From contig JALUTT010000002.1 of NCBI GenBank assembly GCA_027021705.1, positions 1-64,000 of the forward strand: a DNA stretch of 64,000 bases, written 5' to 3'. The notes under the pieces are model-generated. The model made no database searches and was not told where the DNA came from. It was given only the letters and a program-made list of their open reading frames with translations. Source of the stretch: Anaerolineae bacterium. Lineage in GTDB: Bacteria > Chloroflexota > Anaerolineae > S140-20. Positions 9,822-20,469 of this stretch are shown piece after piece. Positions within the stretch are counted from its first letter, which is position 1, and each line of letters opens with the position of its first letter. The position numbers were made by a program, and so were the translations under genes.

Positions 9822-10604
9822 GTGATGAGTGTTGACCTGGAGAAGATCCGTGAAATCTTGCGGGTGGAGATCCCCCGTTTCATCCGGGAACACCCGGAGA
9901 CCCGACACGAGATCTGGGGGATGATGCTGGAGCTGTTTCCCTCGCGCCAGGAGACGGAGCAGCGCTTTGCGCAGCTCGAACATCGCTTGGACGGCGTGGA
10001 CCGCCTGGAGACGGAAGTGCGGGAGTTCCGCCGGGAGACGGCTCAGCGCTTTGAGCAGATTGACCGGCGCTTTGAGCAGGTTGACCGGCGCTTTGAGCAA
10101 GTTGACCAACGTCTCGACCAGCTTGAGCAACGTATGGATCGCCTGGAGACGGAGATGCGGGAGGGGTTCCGAGAGGTCTACCAGGTCATAGATCGCTTGG
10201 AGACGGAGATGCGGGAGGGGTTCCGGGAGCTCCACAAGGCTATAGACCGTCTGGGCAGCCGCTGGGGGATTCGCAACGAAAGCGTGTTCCGCCAGACGGT
10301 CAAGACGCTGCTGGAGGAGTCCTTTGGGGCCAGGGTCGAATCCCGGGTGATTCGGGGGGAGCAGTTCGACATCGTCATCGCGGACGGGCAGCACATTTTG
10401 GTGGAAATTGCGGCCAGCGTGGGGCCGAAGATTCAGGAGCGCCTGGAGCGCAAGCGGAAGCTGTACGCCGACGAGGTGGGCGTCACGCCGGCGCGGGTGA
10501 TCCTCGTCACCGCCGCCATCCACAGTCGGCGTGCCCAGGCCCTGCGAGAGGCCGGCTTCGAGGTCATTGAGCCTGAGGAGGAAACTTTGGGCGAGGACGT
10601 GTAG
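9822..10604 (+). CDS. DUF3782-like coiled-coil repeat protein with PD-(D/E)XK-like C-terminus
   Basis: RFEQVDR heptads and RLETEMREGF repeats, then LGSRWG...QFDIVI...LVEI. A TTGCGC/TATAAT promoter lies at 9723-9750. Confidence 0.75.
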   Translation: MMSVDLEKIREILRVEIPRFIREHPETRHEIWGMMLELFPSRQETEQRFAQLEHRLDGVDRLETEVREFRRETAQRFEQIDRRFEQVDRRFEQVDQRLDQLEQRMDRLETEMREGFREVYQVIDRLETEMREGFRELHKAIDRLGSRWGIRNESVFRQTVKTLLEESFGARVESRVIRGEQFDIVIADGQHILVEIAASVGPKIQERLERKRKLYADEVGVTPARVILVTAAIHSRRAQALREAGFEVIEPEEETLGEDV

Positions 10605-10662
10605 TCTGCCTCCCCCATCCGTCAGACTTACAGCCCCGGAATCCTCCTTTCCGGGGCTGTTT

Positions 10663-11088
10663 TCATTCGATCCCCACTTTCAGCCCGTAGACCAGTTCCC
10701 CGCCCAGCCAGCCGGCGACGATCAAGACGATGACACCGGCGGCCATCAACGCCAGGTAGAGGGAGCGCCGAGAGCTCCGAAGGGGGTCGGGCCAGCGGAC
10801 GCGGATGTAGACGACCAAGCCGCTGAGGATGAGGAAGGCGATGCCGGCGGTGATGTGGTTGTTGATGGGGCCGCGCCGGGGATCGTTGGGGTCCAGGGTC
10901 CCCTGGTCCACGACGCCGACGAGAGCGGCCACGAGGCCGCTGATCCAGGCCAGTAGGAAGGCCCATCCGGCGAAGCGCTCGTAGTCGTCCCGGTGCTGTC
11001 GGAGGGTGCCCAGGGTGAAGAGCACCCCCAGCAGGTAGAGGGCGATGGGGAAGTGGACGACCATCGGGTGGAGAGGTCGGTCGAGCAT
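10663..11088 (-). CDS. DUF2231 membrane protein
   Basis: LHPMVVHFPIAL and GWLGGELVY motifs. Confidence 0.85.
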   Translation of the reverse strand: MLDRPLHPMVVHFPIALYLLGVLFTLGTLRQHRDDYERFAGWAFLLAWISGLVAALVGVVDQGTLDPNDPRRGPINNHITAGIAFLILSGLVVYIRVRWPDPLRSSRRSLYLALMAAGVIVLIVAGWLGGELVYGLKVGIE

Positions 11089-11498
11089 CAGGTCTCCGCT
11101 CCCATCTCGCGCAAGCGGTGCCAGATGTCGGCATCCCCTCCCAGAGGGATGAGCTCCCTCAGAGCCGTGCGCAGGAGGCCCCGCTGGGATGCCAGTCGGG
11201 CCAGTTCATCCCATGTGTAAGGGAAGACCTCTACAGGCAGCGAGGTGCCGGTGAAGGGATCGCTGTACTCGGGAATCCGGTCAAACCAGCGCCGATGAGG
11301 GTGCTCGCGCAGGGCGATCAGCAGATCGGCGTCGCTGCTGGGCAAGGCATCGCCCCGGGCCAAGGAACCGAACAACCCGACGGCGATCACCCGGCTGTCT
11401 CGGTCCAGCAGCCGGTGCGCCGCCTCGGTCAGCTCGGCGATGGCCTTATCCCTATCGAGAAAGGCGGTCCGTACAGAACCGGAGGATTTTCTCCGCAC
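11088..11498 (-). CDS. Minimal nucleotidyltransferase (MNT antitoxin)
   Basis: LFGSLARGD...SDADLLI. Overlaps the HEPN gene; start inferred at GTG 11498. Confidence 0.8.
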   Translation of the reverse strand: MRRKSSGSVRTAFLDRDKAIAELTEAAHRLLDRDSRVIAVGLFGSLARGDALPSSDADLLIALREHPHRRWFDRIPEYSDPFTGTSLPVEVFPYTWDELARLASQRGLLRTALRELIPLGGDADIWHRLREMGAET

Positions 11499-11844
11499 AG
11501 CCGATGGCTTGCCGGCTGTCGGTTGCGGTGTAGTAGTCGGCCGGTTTGCCATAGTCGAATCCATTCGGATAGCGGGTGGGGATGTAAAAGCGGTCCAGGA
11601 TGCGACCACAATCCACCAACTCGGGGGAGACACCGACCGCCTCCGGGAGTTCTTCCAGCAGCCGCTTCACGGAATGCCCCCAGGCCTCACCTTTCAGGTG
11701 CTGGTAGAGGGCCTTGAGCGCCTTCTCGGCGGCCTGCTGGGCGCTGAAGCAGGCCCATTCGTGGTAGCCTCCGGTCAGGTCGGCCCGGGCGTGTTCCAGG
11801 TCGCGCCATGCCTGGTCGAGCCAATCCTGGGCTCTGCTGGCCAT
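11452..11844 (-). CDS. HEPN domain protein
   Basis: [30 protein letters not shown]. Confidence 0.9.
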   Translation of the reverse strand: MASRAQDWLDQAWRDLEHARADLTGGYHEWACFSAQQAAEKALKALYQHLKGEAWGHSVKRLLEELPEAVGVSPELVDCGRILDRFYIPTRYPNGFDYGKPADYYTATDSRQAIGCAEKILRFCTDRLSR

Positions 11845-11872
11845 TGGGATGCTCCTTGTGCCTCTCGGGGGG

Positions 11873-12343
11873 CTATGGCAGGAGTCGCACGGCGTCGCCG
11901 ATACGGATGCGTCCGGGCTGCAGTACCCGGGCGTAAACCCGCGACCAGCCGGGGTGACGCTTCTGGGAGAGACGGCTGTAGTTCCCTCCGACGAACGAAT
12001 CCCGGATGGTGGCGCAGGGGGTCGTGTGGCGGGTCACTTCGATCAGCACCTCATCGCCCAGTTGGAGGCGGGTTCCCGCTGTGACCTGGGACCAGTCCAG
12101 GCCGACGACGGTGATGTTCTCGCCGGTGGAGCCGGGGAAGATGGGGTGGCCTTCGGCCTGGAGGGCCAGGATACGCTCCAGGGAGAAGAGGCAGAGGGCC
12201 CGTTCAGGACCCCCGTGGTGTTCGGTGTCGTTCTGATGATCGCCCACGATCCCCAGCCGTGTGACTTCCGCTTCGCGGATGGGGTGTTTGGGCACCCCAC
12301 CGTGGGAGATGTTGATCTGGAAGACGTGGCCCTGCCGGCTCAT
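11873..12343 (-). CDS. MOSC domain protein (YiiM-like)
   Basis: [31 protein letters not shown]. Confidence 0.85.
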   Translation of the reverse strand: MSRQGHVFQINISHGGVPKHPIREAEVTRLGIVGDHQNDTEHHGGPERALCLFSLERILALQAEGHPIFPGSTGENITVVGLDWSQVTAGTRLQLGDEVLIEVTRHTTPCATIRDSFVGGNYSRLSQKRHPGWSRVYARVLQPGRIRIGDAVRLLP

Positions 12344-13254
12344 CGTCCTTCCCCCCTGATGAGCGTCCGGGCCTGACCCTCGGCGTGGTAGCTGCTGCGC
12401 ACCAGAGGACCGCTCTCCACCCATCGGAAGCCCATTGCCATCCCCTCCTCGTGCAGGCGGGCGAACTCGTCGGGATGCCAGTAACGGGCCACCGGCAGGT
12501 GCTTACGGGTGGGGCGCAGGTACTGACCGATGGTGACGATGTCCACTTCGTGGGCCCGCAGGTCCCGCATCACCTGGAGCACCTCCTCCCACGTCTCGCC
12601 CAGCCCCACCATCAGCCCCGACTTGGTGATGGCGTCAGGGTCCATCTCCTTGGCCATCTGCAGGACCCGGAGGGAGCGCTCGTAGATGGCCTGGGGCCGG
12701 ACGAGGCGGTAGAGGCGGGGGACCGTCTCCACGTTGTGGTTGAGGATCTCCGGGCGGGCGTCCATCACCATCTTGAGGGCCTCCCGGTCGCCTTTGAAGT
12801 CGGGGATGAGGACCTCGACGGTGCAGCCGGGAACCAGCCGGCGGATCTCCTCGATGGTGCGGGCGAAGATGTGAGCGCCTCCGTCGGGCAACTCGTCCCG
12901 GTTGACCGAGGTGAGGACGGCGTGCCGGAGCCCCATCGCCCGCACCGCTTCGGCCACGCGGCGGGGTTCCTCTTCGTCCACGGGGCCGGGGCGTCCCGTC
13001 TTGATGTTGCAGAAGCGGCAACTGCGGGTGCAGACGTCGCCCAAGAGGAGGAAGGTCGCCGTCCCTCGCCCCCAGCACTCGCCCAAGTTAGGGCACATCG
13101 CCTCTTCGCAGACGGTGTGCAGGACTTTGACCTGCATCAGGTGCTTGAGGTGCCGGTAGTTGGGGCCGGTAGGCAGCATCACCCGCAGCCAGGGCGGCTT
13201 GCGCCGAGGGGGATGGGCGACGGGAATCTGGTCGGGATGGATGACCGAACTCAC
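12340..13254 (-). CDS. lipA: Lipoyl synthase
   Basis: [27 protein letters not shown] start after AAGGAGG; the longer ORF-track start runs through a MITE. Confidence 0.95.
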   Translation of the reverse strand: MSSVIHPDQIPVAHPPRRKPPWLRVMLPTGPNYRHLKHLMQVKVLHTVCEEAMCPNLGECWGRGTATFLLLGDVCTRSCRFCNIKTGRPGPVDEEEPRRVAEAVRAMGLRHAVLTSVNRDELPDGGAHIFARTIEEIRRLVPGCTVEVLIPDFKGDREALKMVMDARPEILNHNVETVPRLYRLVRPQAIYERSLRVLQMAKEMDPDAITKSGLMVGLGETWEEVLQVMRDLRAHEVDIVTIGQYLRPTRKHLPVARYWHPDEFARLHEEGMAMGFRWVESGPLVRSSYHAEGQARTLIRGEGR

Positions 13255-13277
13255 AGGACCTCCTTGGAGATGTTGGG

Positions 13278-13397
13278 GTAACTGTTTACCCTCCCGCAGG
13301 TTAGGCGCGTTTCCGACGCGAAACCGTGCTTCAAATGGCCCATCGGGGCTGAAAGCGCCCTCGACCGGTGACCTGCGGGAGGGTAGGCTGACTTGAC
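13278..13397 (-). mobile_element. MITE copy 1 (one end eroded, no TSD)
   Basis: Near-identical reverse complement of the copies at 21614 and 61839. Confidence 0.8.
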
Positions 13398-13406
13398 GAC
13401 GTGCCT

Positions 13407-15602
13407 TCACGACGCTCCCTTCAGCCGCATAGCCACCCGTTCAGGAGTCAGGGGAATCTCGTCGAACCAGACGCCGGTGGCGTCGCGGACGGCGGCGATC
13501 AGGGCCGGGGCCAGGGGCAGGTAGGGCATCTCCCCCATCCCTCGCGCCCCCCACGGCCCTTCGGGATCGGCGTACTCCAGGATGACCGACTCGACCCGGT
13601 CGGGGATGTCCAGCACGGTGGGGATCAGGTAGGTGCTGAGTTGGTCGGTGAGGACGTACCCGTTCTGGGTCTTGAACTCCTCCAGCACGGCGTAGCCCAG
13701 GGCCTGGACGACGCCTCCCTCGATCTGCCCCTCGATGAGCTGGGGGTTGATGGCCTGCCCGACGTCGTTGGCCGAGATGACGCGCCGCACGTGGATGAGG
13801 CCGGTCTCGTCATCCACTTCGACCTCGACGACCTGGGCAACGTAACCGTAGGTGAAGTTGGGCATGCTGTGGCCCGTCTCCGGGTCGAAGGGGGTGGTCT
13901 TGGGGGCCAGGTAGGTGTGTTCGCCGATGGCCGGCCGCTCCTCGTCGTGCCAGGCGGCCAGGGCTTTGCGGGCAGCCCCCCGGATGGCGTTGCCGGCCAT
14001 AAAGGTGCCTCGAGAGGCGGAGGCACTGCCGGCGTTGCGGCTGTTGAGCGTGTCGGCGGTGACCAGGTGGACCTTTTCCAGCGGAACGCCGACGGCCTCG
14101 GCGGCCATCTGGCAGATGACGGTGTGGTGGCCCTGGCCGACCTCGGCACCGGCGTAGGTGAGCCAAACCTCTTCGATCTCCCCATCCCCCCGCAGCTCGA
14201 TGCGGGCCCAACTGTTCTCCTGATAGCCGAAGCTGAAGCCGATGTTCTTGAAGCCGGCGGCGAAGCCGATCCCGCGCCGAGGGGAGGGTCTCTCCGGGCG
14301 GTGCCATCCCCTTTCGTCCTGGGTCCAGCCCCCGGACCGGGCTGCGGCCTCGATGACCGGCCCGATGGTGACGCCCGGTGGAACAGGGGTGCCCACGGAC
14401 ATCAGGCTGCCCTCCCGCAGGACGTTGCGCAGCCGGAACTCCACCGGGTCCATACCCAGCGCCTCGGCCAGCTTGTTCACCTGCATCTCGGCGACAAAGG
14501 CCCCTTGGGGCGCACCGAAGCCCCGGAAGGCGGCGGTGGGGAGGTTGTTGGTGTAGACGCCGTAGACATCCACCTTGACGTGGGGGATCTCGTAAGGGCC
14601 GGTGCAGGTGACGGTCGTGTTGCCCAGGACCTTGTTGGTCGTGTAGCAGTAAGCGCCGGCATCGGCGATCACCTCGACCTGGGCGGCAACGATCTTCCCC
14701 TCGCGGGTGGCTCCCCAGCGGGCCCGGATGCGCATCGGGTGGCGCTTGCCGTGGCCGATGATGGACTCCCGGCGGCTCCAGACGATCTTGACCGGGCGCC
14801 GGAGCTTCCAGGCGGCCAGGGCCAGGACGATCTGGACGGACATATCCTCGCGGCCGCCGAAGGCCCCACCGACGGCGGGGTAGACGACCCGCACCTGCTC
14901 CAGGGGGAGGCCCAGGGCGTGGGCGATCTGCTCCTGGTCTTCGTGGATCCACTGCCCGGCCACCTGGACGGTCACCCGGCCTTCCTCGTCCACGTAGGCC
15001 AGGCCGGCCTCGGGCTGGAGGTAGGCGTGCTCTTGGAAGGGGAGGCGGTATTCCCCCTCGACGACCACGTCGGCCTGGGCGAAGCCCTCATTTACATCCC
15101 CCTTGCGCACCCGGTAGTGGACGAGGACGTTGCTGTCGCCTCGCTCCGGGTGGACGAGGGGGGCGTCAGGCTGCATCGCCTCGACGGGGTCGGTGACGAC
15201 GGGCAGGTCTTCGTACTTGACCTCGATGAGGGCCAAGGCTTGAGCGGCGGCCTTCTCTGTCTCGGCCACGACGAGGGCTACCTGGTCGCCGACGAAGCGG
15301 ACGACGTCGGCGCCGGGCTTGTCGGAGCCGGGGCCGCAGAGGACCGGCTGGTCGGGCATCTGCAGGCCGTACTCGTTGACGGGCACGTCTTTGGCGGTGA
15401 AAACGGCCACGACGCCGGGGTGGGCCTCTGCTCTGCTGGTGTCTATGCGCCGGATGCGGGCGTGGGGCCGCTCGGCGAAGAGGATTTTCATATGCAGCAT
15501 ACCGGGCATCGAGAGGTCGCCCGGGAAGAGGGCCTCGCCGGTGACCTTGCTCCGGGCGTCCACCCGGGGGACGGACCGACCGATCACGCGATGGGAACTC
15601 AT
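13407..15602 (-). CDS. Xanthine dehydrogenase family molybdopterin-binding subunit
   Basis: [35 protein letters not shown]. Confidence 0.92.
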   Translation of the reverse strand: MSSHRVIGRSVPRVDARSKVTGEALFPGDLSMPGMLHMKILFAERPHARIRRIDTSRAEAHPGVVAVFTAKDVPVNEYGLQMPDQPVLCGPGSDKPGADVVRFVGDQVALVVAETEKAAAQALALIEVKYEDLPVVTDPVEAMQPDAPLVHPERGDSNVLVHYRVRKGDVNEGFAQADVVVEGEYRLPFQEHAYLQPEAGLAYVDEEGRVTVQVAGQWIHEDQEQIAHALGLPLEQVRVVYPAVGGAFGGREDMSVQIVLALAAWKLRRPVKIVWSRRESIIGHGKRHPMRIRARWGATREGKIVAAQVEVIADAGAYCYTTNKVLGNTTVTCTGPYEIPHVKVDVYGVYTNNLPTAAFRGFGAPQGAFVAEMQVNKLAEALGMDPVEFRLRNVLREGSLMSVGTPVPPGVTIGPVIEAAARSGGWTQDERGWHRPERPSPRRGIGFAAGFKNIGFSFGYQENSWARIELRGDGEIEEVWLTYAGAEVGQGHHTVICQMAAEAVGVPLEKVHLVTADTLNSRNAGSASASRGTFMAGNAIRGAARKALAAWHDEERPAIGEHTYLAPKTTPFDPETGHSMPNFTYGYVAQVVEVEVDDETGLIHVRRVISANDVGQAINPQLIEGQIEGGVVQALGYAVLEEFKTQNGYVLTDQLSTYLIPTVLDIPDRVESVILEYADPEGPWGARGMGEMPYLPLAPALIAAVRDATGVWFDEIPLTPERVAMRLKGAS

Positions 15603-15835
15603 CGGCGCTTCCTCCGTCTCAGCTCCTCGAACTCTTGGAGGGTGATGCCTGCTTGTTTCAGGATACTCCGGAGCGTACCCATAGGGATTTCACGGGGGTG
15701 CATTGGCACGACAACCTGCCGTCCATCGGGATGCCGCAGGATCCGATGACTGCCCGTCTGCCGGCGCTCCTCGAATCCCAGACGACGTAGTACCTTCAGC
15801 ACTTCACGCGGGCGTGGGGGCACGGTCAACCTCAA
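15599..15835 (-). CDS. HicA-family toxin
   Basis: RQTGSH...VVPMH...[11 protein letters not shown]. Start approximate. Confidence 0.88.
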   Translation of the reverse strand: MRLTVPPRPREVLKVLRRLGFEERRQTGSHRILRHPDGRQVVVPMHPREIPMGTLRSILKQAGITLQEFEELRRRKRR

Positions 15836-16049
15836 CGGGGATTCGGGCGCTCATTACATCTCTGGGAGCTTCTTCTCCTTCCTCAAGGAGGACGGCCAAG
15901 TATCCCTCGATGGCTTCACGGATCATGGCGAGGGCTTCATCAAAGCTGCGGCCGCAAGAAACACAGCCGGGCAGAGCAGGTACTTCCGCGTTCCACCATC
16001 CGGGGCTCTCAGGGTCCGGTCGTATGATGACCGTGTAAGCGTAAGTCAT
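15804..16049 (-). CDS. HicB-family antitoxin
   Basis: AEVPALPGCVSCG...EALAMIREAI. Confidence 0.88.
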   Translation of the reverse strand: MTYAYTVIIRPDPESPGWWNAEVPALPGCVSCGRSFDEALAMIREAIEGYLAVLLEEGEEAPRDVMSARIPVEVDRAPTPA

Positions 16050-16055
16050 CCTCCC

Positions 16056-17483
16056 CTACTCCCTTGTCGCCTCTTCAAAGGCCCGCAGGATCTTGTAGTA
16101 GCCGGTGCATCGGCAGAGGTTGCCGGTGATGCTCTGACGGACCTGCTCGGGGGCGGGATGGGGCTTCTCCGCCAGCAGGGCAGCGCCGGCCATCAGGAAC
16201 CCCGGGGTGCAGTAGCCGCACTGGACGGCTCCCGTCTTGATGAACGCTTCCTGGAGGGGGTGCAGCCGACCATCTTCCCGGAGCCCTTCGACGGTGACGA
16301 TGCTGGCCCCGTGGGCGCGGGGGGCCGGCACCAGGCAGCTCATCACCGCGATGCCGTCCAGGAGGACCGTGCAGGCTCCGCACTCCCCCTCGGCACAGCC
16401 CTCCTTGGTGCCGGTGAGCCCCACATCTTCCCGCAGCATCCGCAGCAGGGTCTTGTCGTTGGCCCCGTGTACGGTGACGGCCCGCCCGTTGACGACCGTC
16501 TGGATCGGTTCCGGCCCCCCCTCCCGGTGCACGATGGTCCGGCCGGCCAGGGGGGGGAAGTGGCCGTTGGTCTTGCCCCAGAGCAAGGGCGGGTCCTGGG
16601 GCCAGCCGGCCCGCTCCTCGCCCCGCCACACCTGCCGGAGCGCCCGCCGGGTGAAGACCTCGACCATACGACGGCGGTAGGCAGCGGAGCCCCGCACATC
16701 GTCAATGGGGCGGGAGGCCTGGGCGGCCAGGCGGGCGGCCTGGGCGATGCGCTCCTCATCAAGGGGATGGCCCACCAACAGGGCCTCGGCCTCCTCGGCC
16801 CGCACGATGGTGGGGGCCACGCTGCCCAGCGTGATGCGGGCGTCGGTCACCATCCCGTCCGGCCCACCGTCGAAGGTCAGCAGCACGGCGACATTGACGA
16901 CGGCGATGGCCTGGGCCCGGCGCAACCCCAGCTTCAGGAAGGTCCCCCGCTGGTTCTCCCTCAGCGCGGGGAAGGCGATCTCCACCAGCATCTCGTCGGG
17001 GGCCAGGTCCACCTGGCGGACCCCCCGGTAGAAGTCGGCGAGGGGGATGGTGCGCTCGCCCCGGAGGCTGCGCAGGGTGAGGCGAGCATCCATCGCCCAG
17101 AGGGGCGGGATGGTGTCGTTGGCCGGGCTGGCGGTGATCAGGTTGCCCGCCACCGTGCCCGTGTTGCGGATCTGGGGGGCACCGACGGCCCAGCAAGCGG
17201 CGGCCAGGGGGAAGGCCCGCTCGACGCAGAGGGCCGAGGCGATTACCTGGTTGTGGGTCACCAGCGGCCCCAGGCGGATCCAGCCCTCGTCATCGAGCCG
17301 GATGCGGTCGAGGCCGGCGACGCGGCTGATGTCAACGAGCGTCTCCACGCCGGGGCGCTGCCGGCGTTCCATCTCCAGGACCAGATCGGTGCCGCCGGCG
17401 ATGAGCCGGGCTCGCTCCCCGTGCTCCGCCAGCAGCCGCAGGGCTTCTTCCACGGATGTGACGGTGTAGAAGTTGTGCCACAT
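16056..17483 (-). CDS. Xanthine dehydrogenase family FAD-binding subunit fused to a C-terminal 2x[2Fe-2S] domain
   Basis: AGGTDL and QIRNTGTVAGN, then GCAEGECGAC, QCGYCTPG, GNLCRCTGY. Confidence 0.9.
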   Translation of the reverse strand: MWHNFYTVTSVEEALRLLAEHGERARLIAGGTDLVLEMERRQRPGVETLVDISRVAGLDRIRLDDEGWIRLGPLVTHNQVIASALCVERAFPLAAACWAVGAPQIRNTGTVAGNLITASPANDTIPPLWAMDARLTLRSLRGERTIPLADFYRGVRQVDLAPDEMLVEIAFPALRENQRGTFLKLGLRRAQAIAVVNVAVLLTFDGGPDGMVTDARITLGSVAPTIVRAEEAEALLVGHPLDEERIAQAARLAAQASRPIDDVRGSAAYRRRMVEVFTRRALRQVWRGEERAGWPQDPPLLWGKTNGHFPPLAGRTIVHREGGPEPIQTVVNGRAVTVHGANDKTLLRMLREDVGLTGTKEGCAEGECGACTVLLDGIAVMSCLVPAPRAHGASIVTVEGLREDGRLHPLQEAFIKTGAVQCGYCTPGFLMAGAALLAEKPHPAPEQVRQSITGNLCRCTGYYKILRAFEEATRE

Positions 17484-17585
17484 AGGGTCACCTTCCGTCG
17501 TCGTGCTCTGGGTGGGACCGGAGGCTCCCCGGTCTGCCGGCGATGCCGTCCGGCAGGGATGGGGAAGCCAGGTCCGGTCGTCGGG

Positions 17586-18413
17586 CTATCGGCCGCCGGA
17601 GTCAGATGAAGGGGCCGAGGGAGCGGGGGCGCTGCGCAGGCGCTCTCGCCGGTTCCGCACTTGGATGATCTCGGCCATAATGCTGACGGCGATCTCCTCC
17701 GGCGTCTCGGCGTGGATGGCCAGCCCGATGGGGCTGTGGATGCGCCGGATCGCCTCCTCGGGCACGCCCCTCTCTTGCAGCGCCTTGGTCGCCGTCACCC
17801 AACGCCGGCGGCTGCCGATGACGCCGATGTATGCTGCTTCCGTCTCGAGGAGGTAGGGTAGGGTCTCCACGTCAAGGGTGTAGCTTCGGGTCACGCTGAT
17901 CACGTAGGTCTGGGCGTTGATGGGAACTTGACGGACCACTTCTCCCAGGGAACCAACGAGGAGTTCGTCGGCGTCGGGGACCTGCTCCGGGGTGCAGAGC
18001 TCAGGCCGGTCATCGGCGACGATGACGCGGAAGCCCAGCCACCGAGCCAGGTGGGCGACGGCCTTGCCCACGTGGCCGGCGCCCAGGATGAGCACCTGGG
18101 GCGGGGGGAGGATCGGTTCGATGAAGACCTCCATCTCACCGCCGCAGACGCCGACGCTCTCAGACCGGGGGCCGGCCAGGGAGTAGTGCTCGAGGCGGGC
18201 CTGTCCGCTGCGTAGGACCTCCAGCGCCGTCTGGATGACCCGGTGCTCCAGTTCTCCCCCGCCGACGGTCCCCTGGGTGCGTCCGTCGGGATAGATCAGC
18301 ATCCGAGCCGTGGCCCCTCGGGGGACGGAGCCCCGGGCCCGGATGACGGTGGCCATCGCAACCGGTTGGCCGTTTCTCTGCGCTTCTACAATGGCTGCGT
18401 AGAGGGATGTCAT
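17586..18413 (-). CDS. XdhC/CoxI-family Moco sulfuration/insertion accessory protein
   Basis: GTVGGG, CGG, GAGHVG, YIGVIGS, PIGL...TPEEIAVSI. Confidence 0.9.
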   Translation of the reverse strand: MTSLYAAIVEAQRNGQPVAMATVIRARGSVPRGATARMLIYPDGRTQGTVGGGELEHRVIQTALEVLRSGQARLEHYSLAGPRSESVGVCGGEMEVFIEPILPPPQVLILGAGHVGKAVAHLARWLGFRVIVADDRPELCTPEQVPDADELLVGSLGEVVRQVPINAQTYVISVTRSYTLDVETLPYLLETEAAYIGVIGSRRRWVTATKALQERGVPEEAIRRIHSPIGLAIHAETPEEIAVSIMAEIIQVRNRRERLRSAPAPSAPSSDSGGR

Positions 18414-18420
18414 CCGTCGT

Positions 18421-19269
18421 TTATCTTCCCCAAGCTTGAGCTAGGGCACGGCGAGCCAGTTGCAGGGCCATCGCCTGCCGGTATTCGGCACTGCCCAGAA
18501 AGTCCGACGGCGGATTGGGGATGTCAAGCGTCAGCGTTGCCGCATCCAGGGGAGCCCCCTGGAGTTCCCGTTCGAGGGCCGGGAGGCGGATGGGGTGATC
18601 GGCCACACCCCCCAGGGCCAGACGTATCGCCTGAACGGTGTCGCCGGCGCGGACCAGCCAGGCGGCGGCGCAGACGATGGGCTGGTCGTGGGGGGTTCGC
18701 CCCACCCAGGCCCAGGCGGCCCTGGCCGGCGGATCGTCGGGTCTGGGCAAGGGCAGGCTGACCTCGGTGATCAGCGCCCCATCGGCCAGCAGTCGCTCTC
18801 GGTAGGCCAGGAAGCTCTCCAACGAGGTCTGGCGGGGTTGGGGTGCCCAGAGGGTCAGGTGGGCGTCCAGGGCCAGCAGGGCAACGATGAGGGGGGTGCT
18901 GGCCTGGGGAGCGGCCAGGATCCCGCCGACGGTGGCCGCCGTGCGCAGGGTGCTGGGGGCGGTGGCGTGGGCCGTCTCCGCCAGCAGCCGTAGGAAGGTC
19001 TGGCCGGCCGGTGGATCGCTCAGCAATGGGGCCTGGGCCAACTGCTGAAGCGTCGTGGTGGCACCGATGCGTAGCCGATCCCCTTCCGAACGGATGTAGG
19101 CCAGTCCCAGGTCGGCCAGGTCTACAACGGCCTCCACATCACGGCGCCGGGAGGGCACGAGGGTGGTGCCGCCGGCCAGGGGAACGGTGCGGGTCTCGCG
19201 CCGGCGTAGCAGCCGGACGGCTTCCTCCAGGTCGGTTGGACGGTGGTACTCCCGAAGGTTGAGCATCAT
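18421..19269 (-). CDS. Stand-alone FAD-binding subunit of the xanthine dehydrogenase family
   Basis: YHRP, LAGGT, ATVGG, SDFLGSAEYR. Confidence 0.8.
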   Translation of the reverse strand: MMLNLREYHRPTDLEEAVRLLRRRETRTVPLAGGTTLVPSRRRDVEAVVDLADLGLAYIRSEGDRLRIGATTTLQQLAQAPLLSDPPAGQTFLRLLAETAHATAPSTLRTAATVGGILAAPQASTPLIVALLALDAHLTLWAPQPRQTSLESFLAYRERLLADGALITEVSLPLPRPDDPPARAAWAWVGRTPHDQPIVCAAAWLVRAGDTVQAIRLALGGVADHPIRLPALERELQGAPLDAATLTLDIPNPPSDFLGSAEYRQAMALQLARRALAQAWGR

Positions 19270-19276
19270 CGGTTCC

Positions 19277-19783
19277 CTACTTTTTCCCTTCTTCTCCTTC
19301 TCTAGGCCCTCCGGGGAGGTCGGGGTAGACCTTCCAGTAGGGCTTCTCCGGCTCCCAAGCGGCACGGAACTCGTCGGGGGGGCGGGCCAGGAGCATCTCC
19401 GCCTGGGCGGTGATGGTGCCGTCGGGGAGGCGGATTTCGCCGGCCACCCTGGCCCGGTGGTTCCCAGGCCGTTCCACCCACCCCACCGCCGTCAGGGGCA
19501 CGCCCACGGGGGTAGGACGGCGATAGCGGATGTCCATCTTCAGGGTGACCATCAGGTCCTCGTCGGAGCCGTGGATGAGCAGGGCGCGGCCGGCCACTTC
19601 GTCCAAGATGGCGGCGACGATCCCGCCGTGGACGACGCCGGGGTAGCCCTGGTATGTCTCCGGCACGGTGATGTGGGCGATCACCCGCTCCTTCTCGTGG
19701 TCCTCGTAGAAGGCCAGGTGAAGTCCCACCGGGTTCTGCACACCGCAGACGAAGCACATCCGGGAGTTGGGTTGTTTGTTCAT
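19277..19783 (-). CDS. PaaI-family hotdog thioesterase
   Basis: CFVCG.NP.GL and QGYPGVVHGGIVAAILDE. Confidence 0.88.
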   Translation of the reverse strand: MNKQPNSRMCFVCGVQNPVGLHLAFYEDHEKERVIAHITVPETYQGYPGVVHGGIVAAILDEVAGRALLIHGSDEDLMVTLKMDIRYRRPTPVGVPLTAVGWVERPGNHRARVAGEIRLPDGTITAQAEMLLARPPDEFRAAWEPEKPYWKVYPDLPGGPREGEEGKK

Positions 19784-19808
19784 CGCGACCTTGACGGCGT
19801 TCTGTGAG

Positions 19809-20021
19809 TTATTCCTTCCAGTAAGCTCTAGCTCTTTCAAATATCTCTTGTATCGTTTGGCCTTCGTAGAGCCGCCGAGAGATCTCCACGTAATCCGTAG
19901 CTTCACGGTGAAGTAGGGTGAGGAATCGAAGTGCAGCAGCAGGACCGAGGGCCTTGTTCAGGGCTTCGATGCCAATGGTCCTGATTTCCGTATCACTCAT
20001 AACTCTTACTTTCTTCGTCAT
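19809..20021 (-). CDS. Small putative antitoxin
   Basis: GIEALNKALGPAAALRF...DY. Overlaps the PIN gene; lower GC than flanks. Confidence 0.65.
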   Translation of the reverse strand: MTKKVRVMSDTEIRTIGIEALNKALGPAAALRFLTLLHREATDYVEISRRLYEGQTIQEIFERARAYWKE

Positions 20022-20463
20022 CTTTTGCCATCCTTCTGACGTAGTCAACGGGATTCATCACGGCCATTTCGAGGTCCAGTCGTCTGGCCCGTTTGATCAG
20101 CTTATCATCACAGGTCAGGAAGACGTCGGCACCGACGTAAGAAGCACATGCCAGGTGGATGGCATCTTTCGCAGATAGTGACCCTTCGCGCTGGAAAGCT
20201 TCGGCGATCTCCTGGATCGCTTCCTCGGGGCCTACCCGTATCGCGCACAGAGTTGCTAGGCGAAGCACTTCCAGCTTCCGTTCTGGGAAAGGACAGAGCA
20301 TAGTTTCATCTTCGTGCATAAAGGACCAGACCAATTGGACTGCACCTTCTTCCGCCTGTATGAAGATCTCCTGGCAGGCTAGAGCTTCCATCCGAATCCG
20401 AATTTGCCCGGGATCGTCGAATCCCCTTTGGAAGCAGTTGTAGTCCAGGTAGATCAGGGTCAT
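19993..20463 (-). CDS. PIN-domain (VapC-like) toxin
   Basis: IYLDYN...DAIHLACA...FLTCD. Confidence 0.85.
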   Translation of the reverse strand: MTLIYLDYNCFQRGFDDPGQIRIRMEALACQEIFIQAEEGAVQLVWSFMHEDETMLCPFPERKLEVLRLATLCAIRVGPEEAIQEIAEAFQREGSLSAKDAIHLACASYVGADVFLTCDDKLIKRARRLDLEMAVMNPVDYVRRMAKDDEESKSYE

Positions 20464-20469
20464 ACGGTA

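Noticed and set aside
13255..13410. N-terminal extension of LipA
   Set aside because: It is a translation of the MITE (the same peptide appears at 61.9 kb). A strong RBS precedes GTG 13254.
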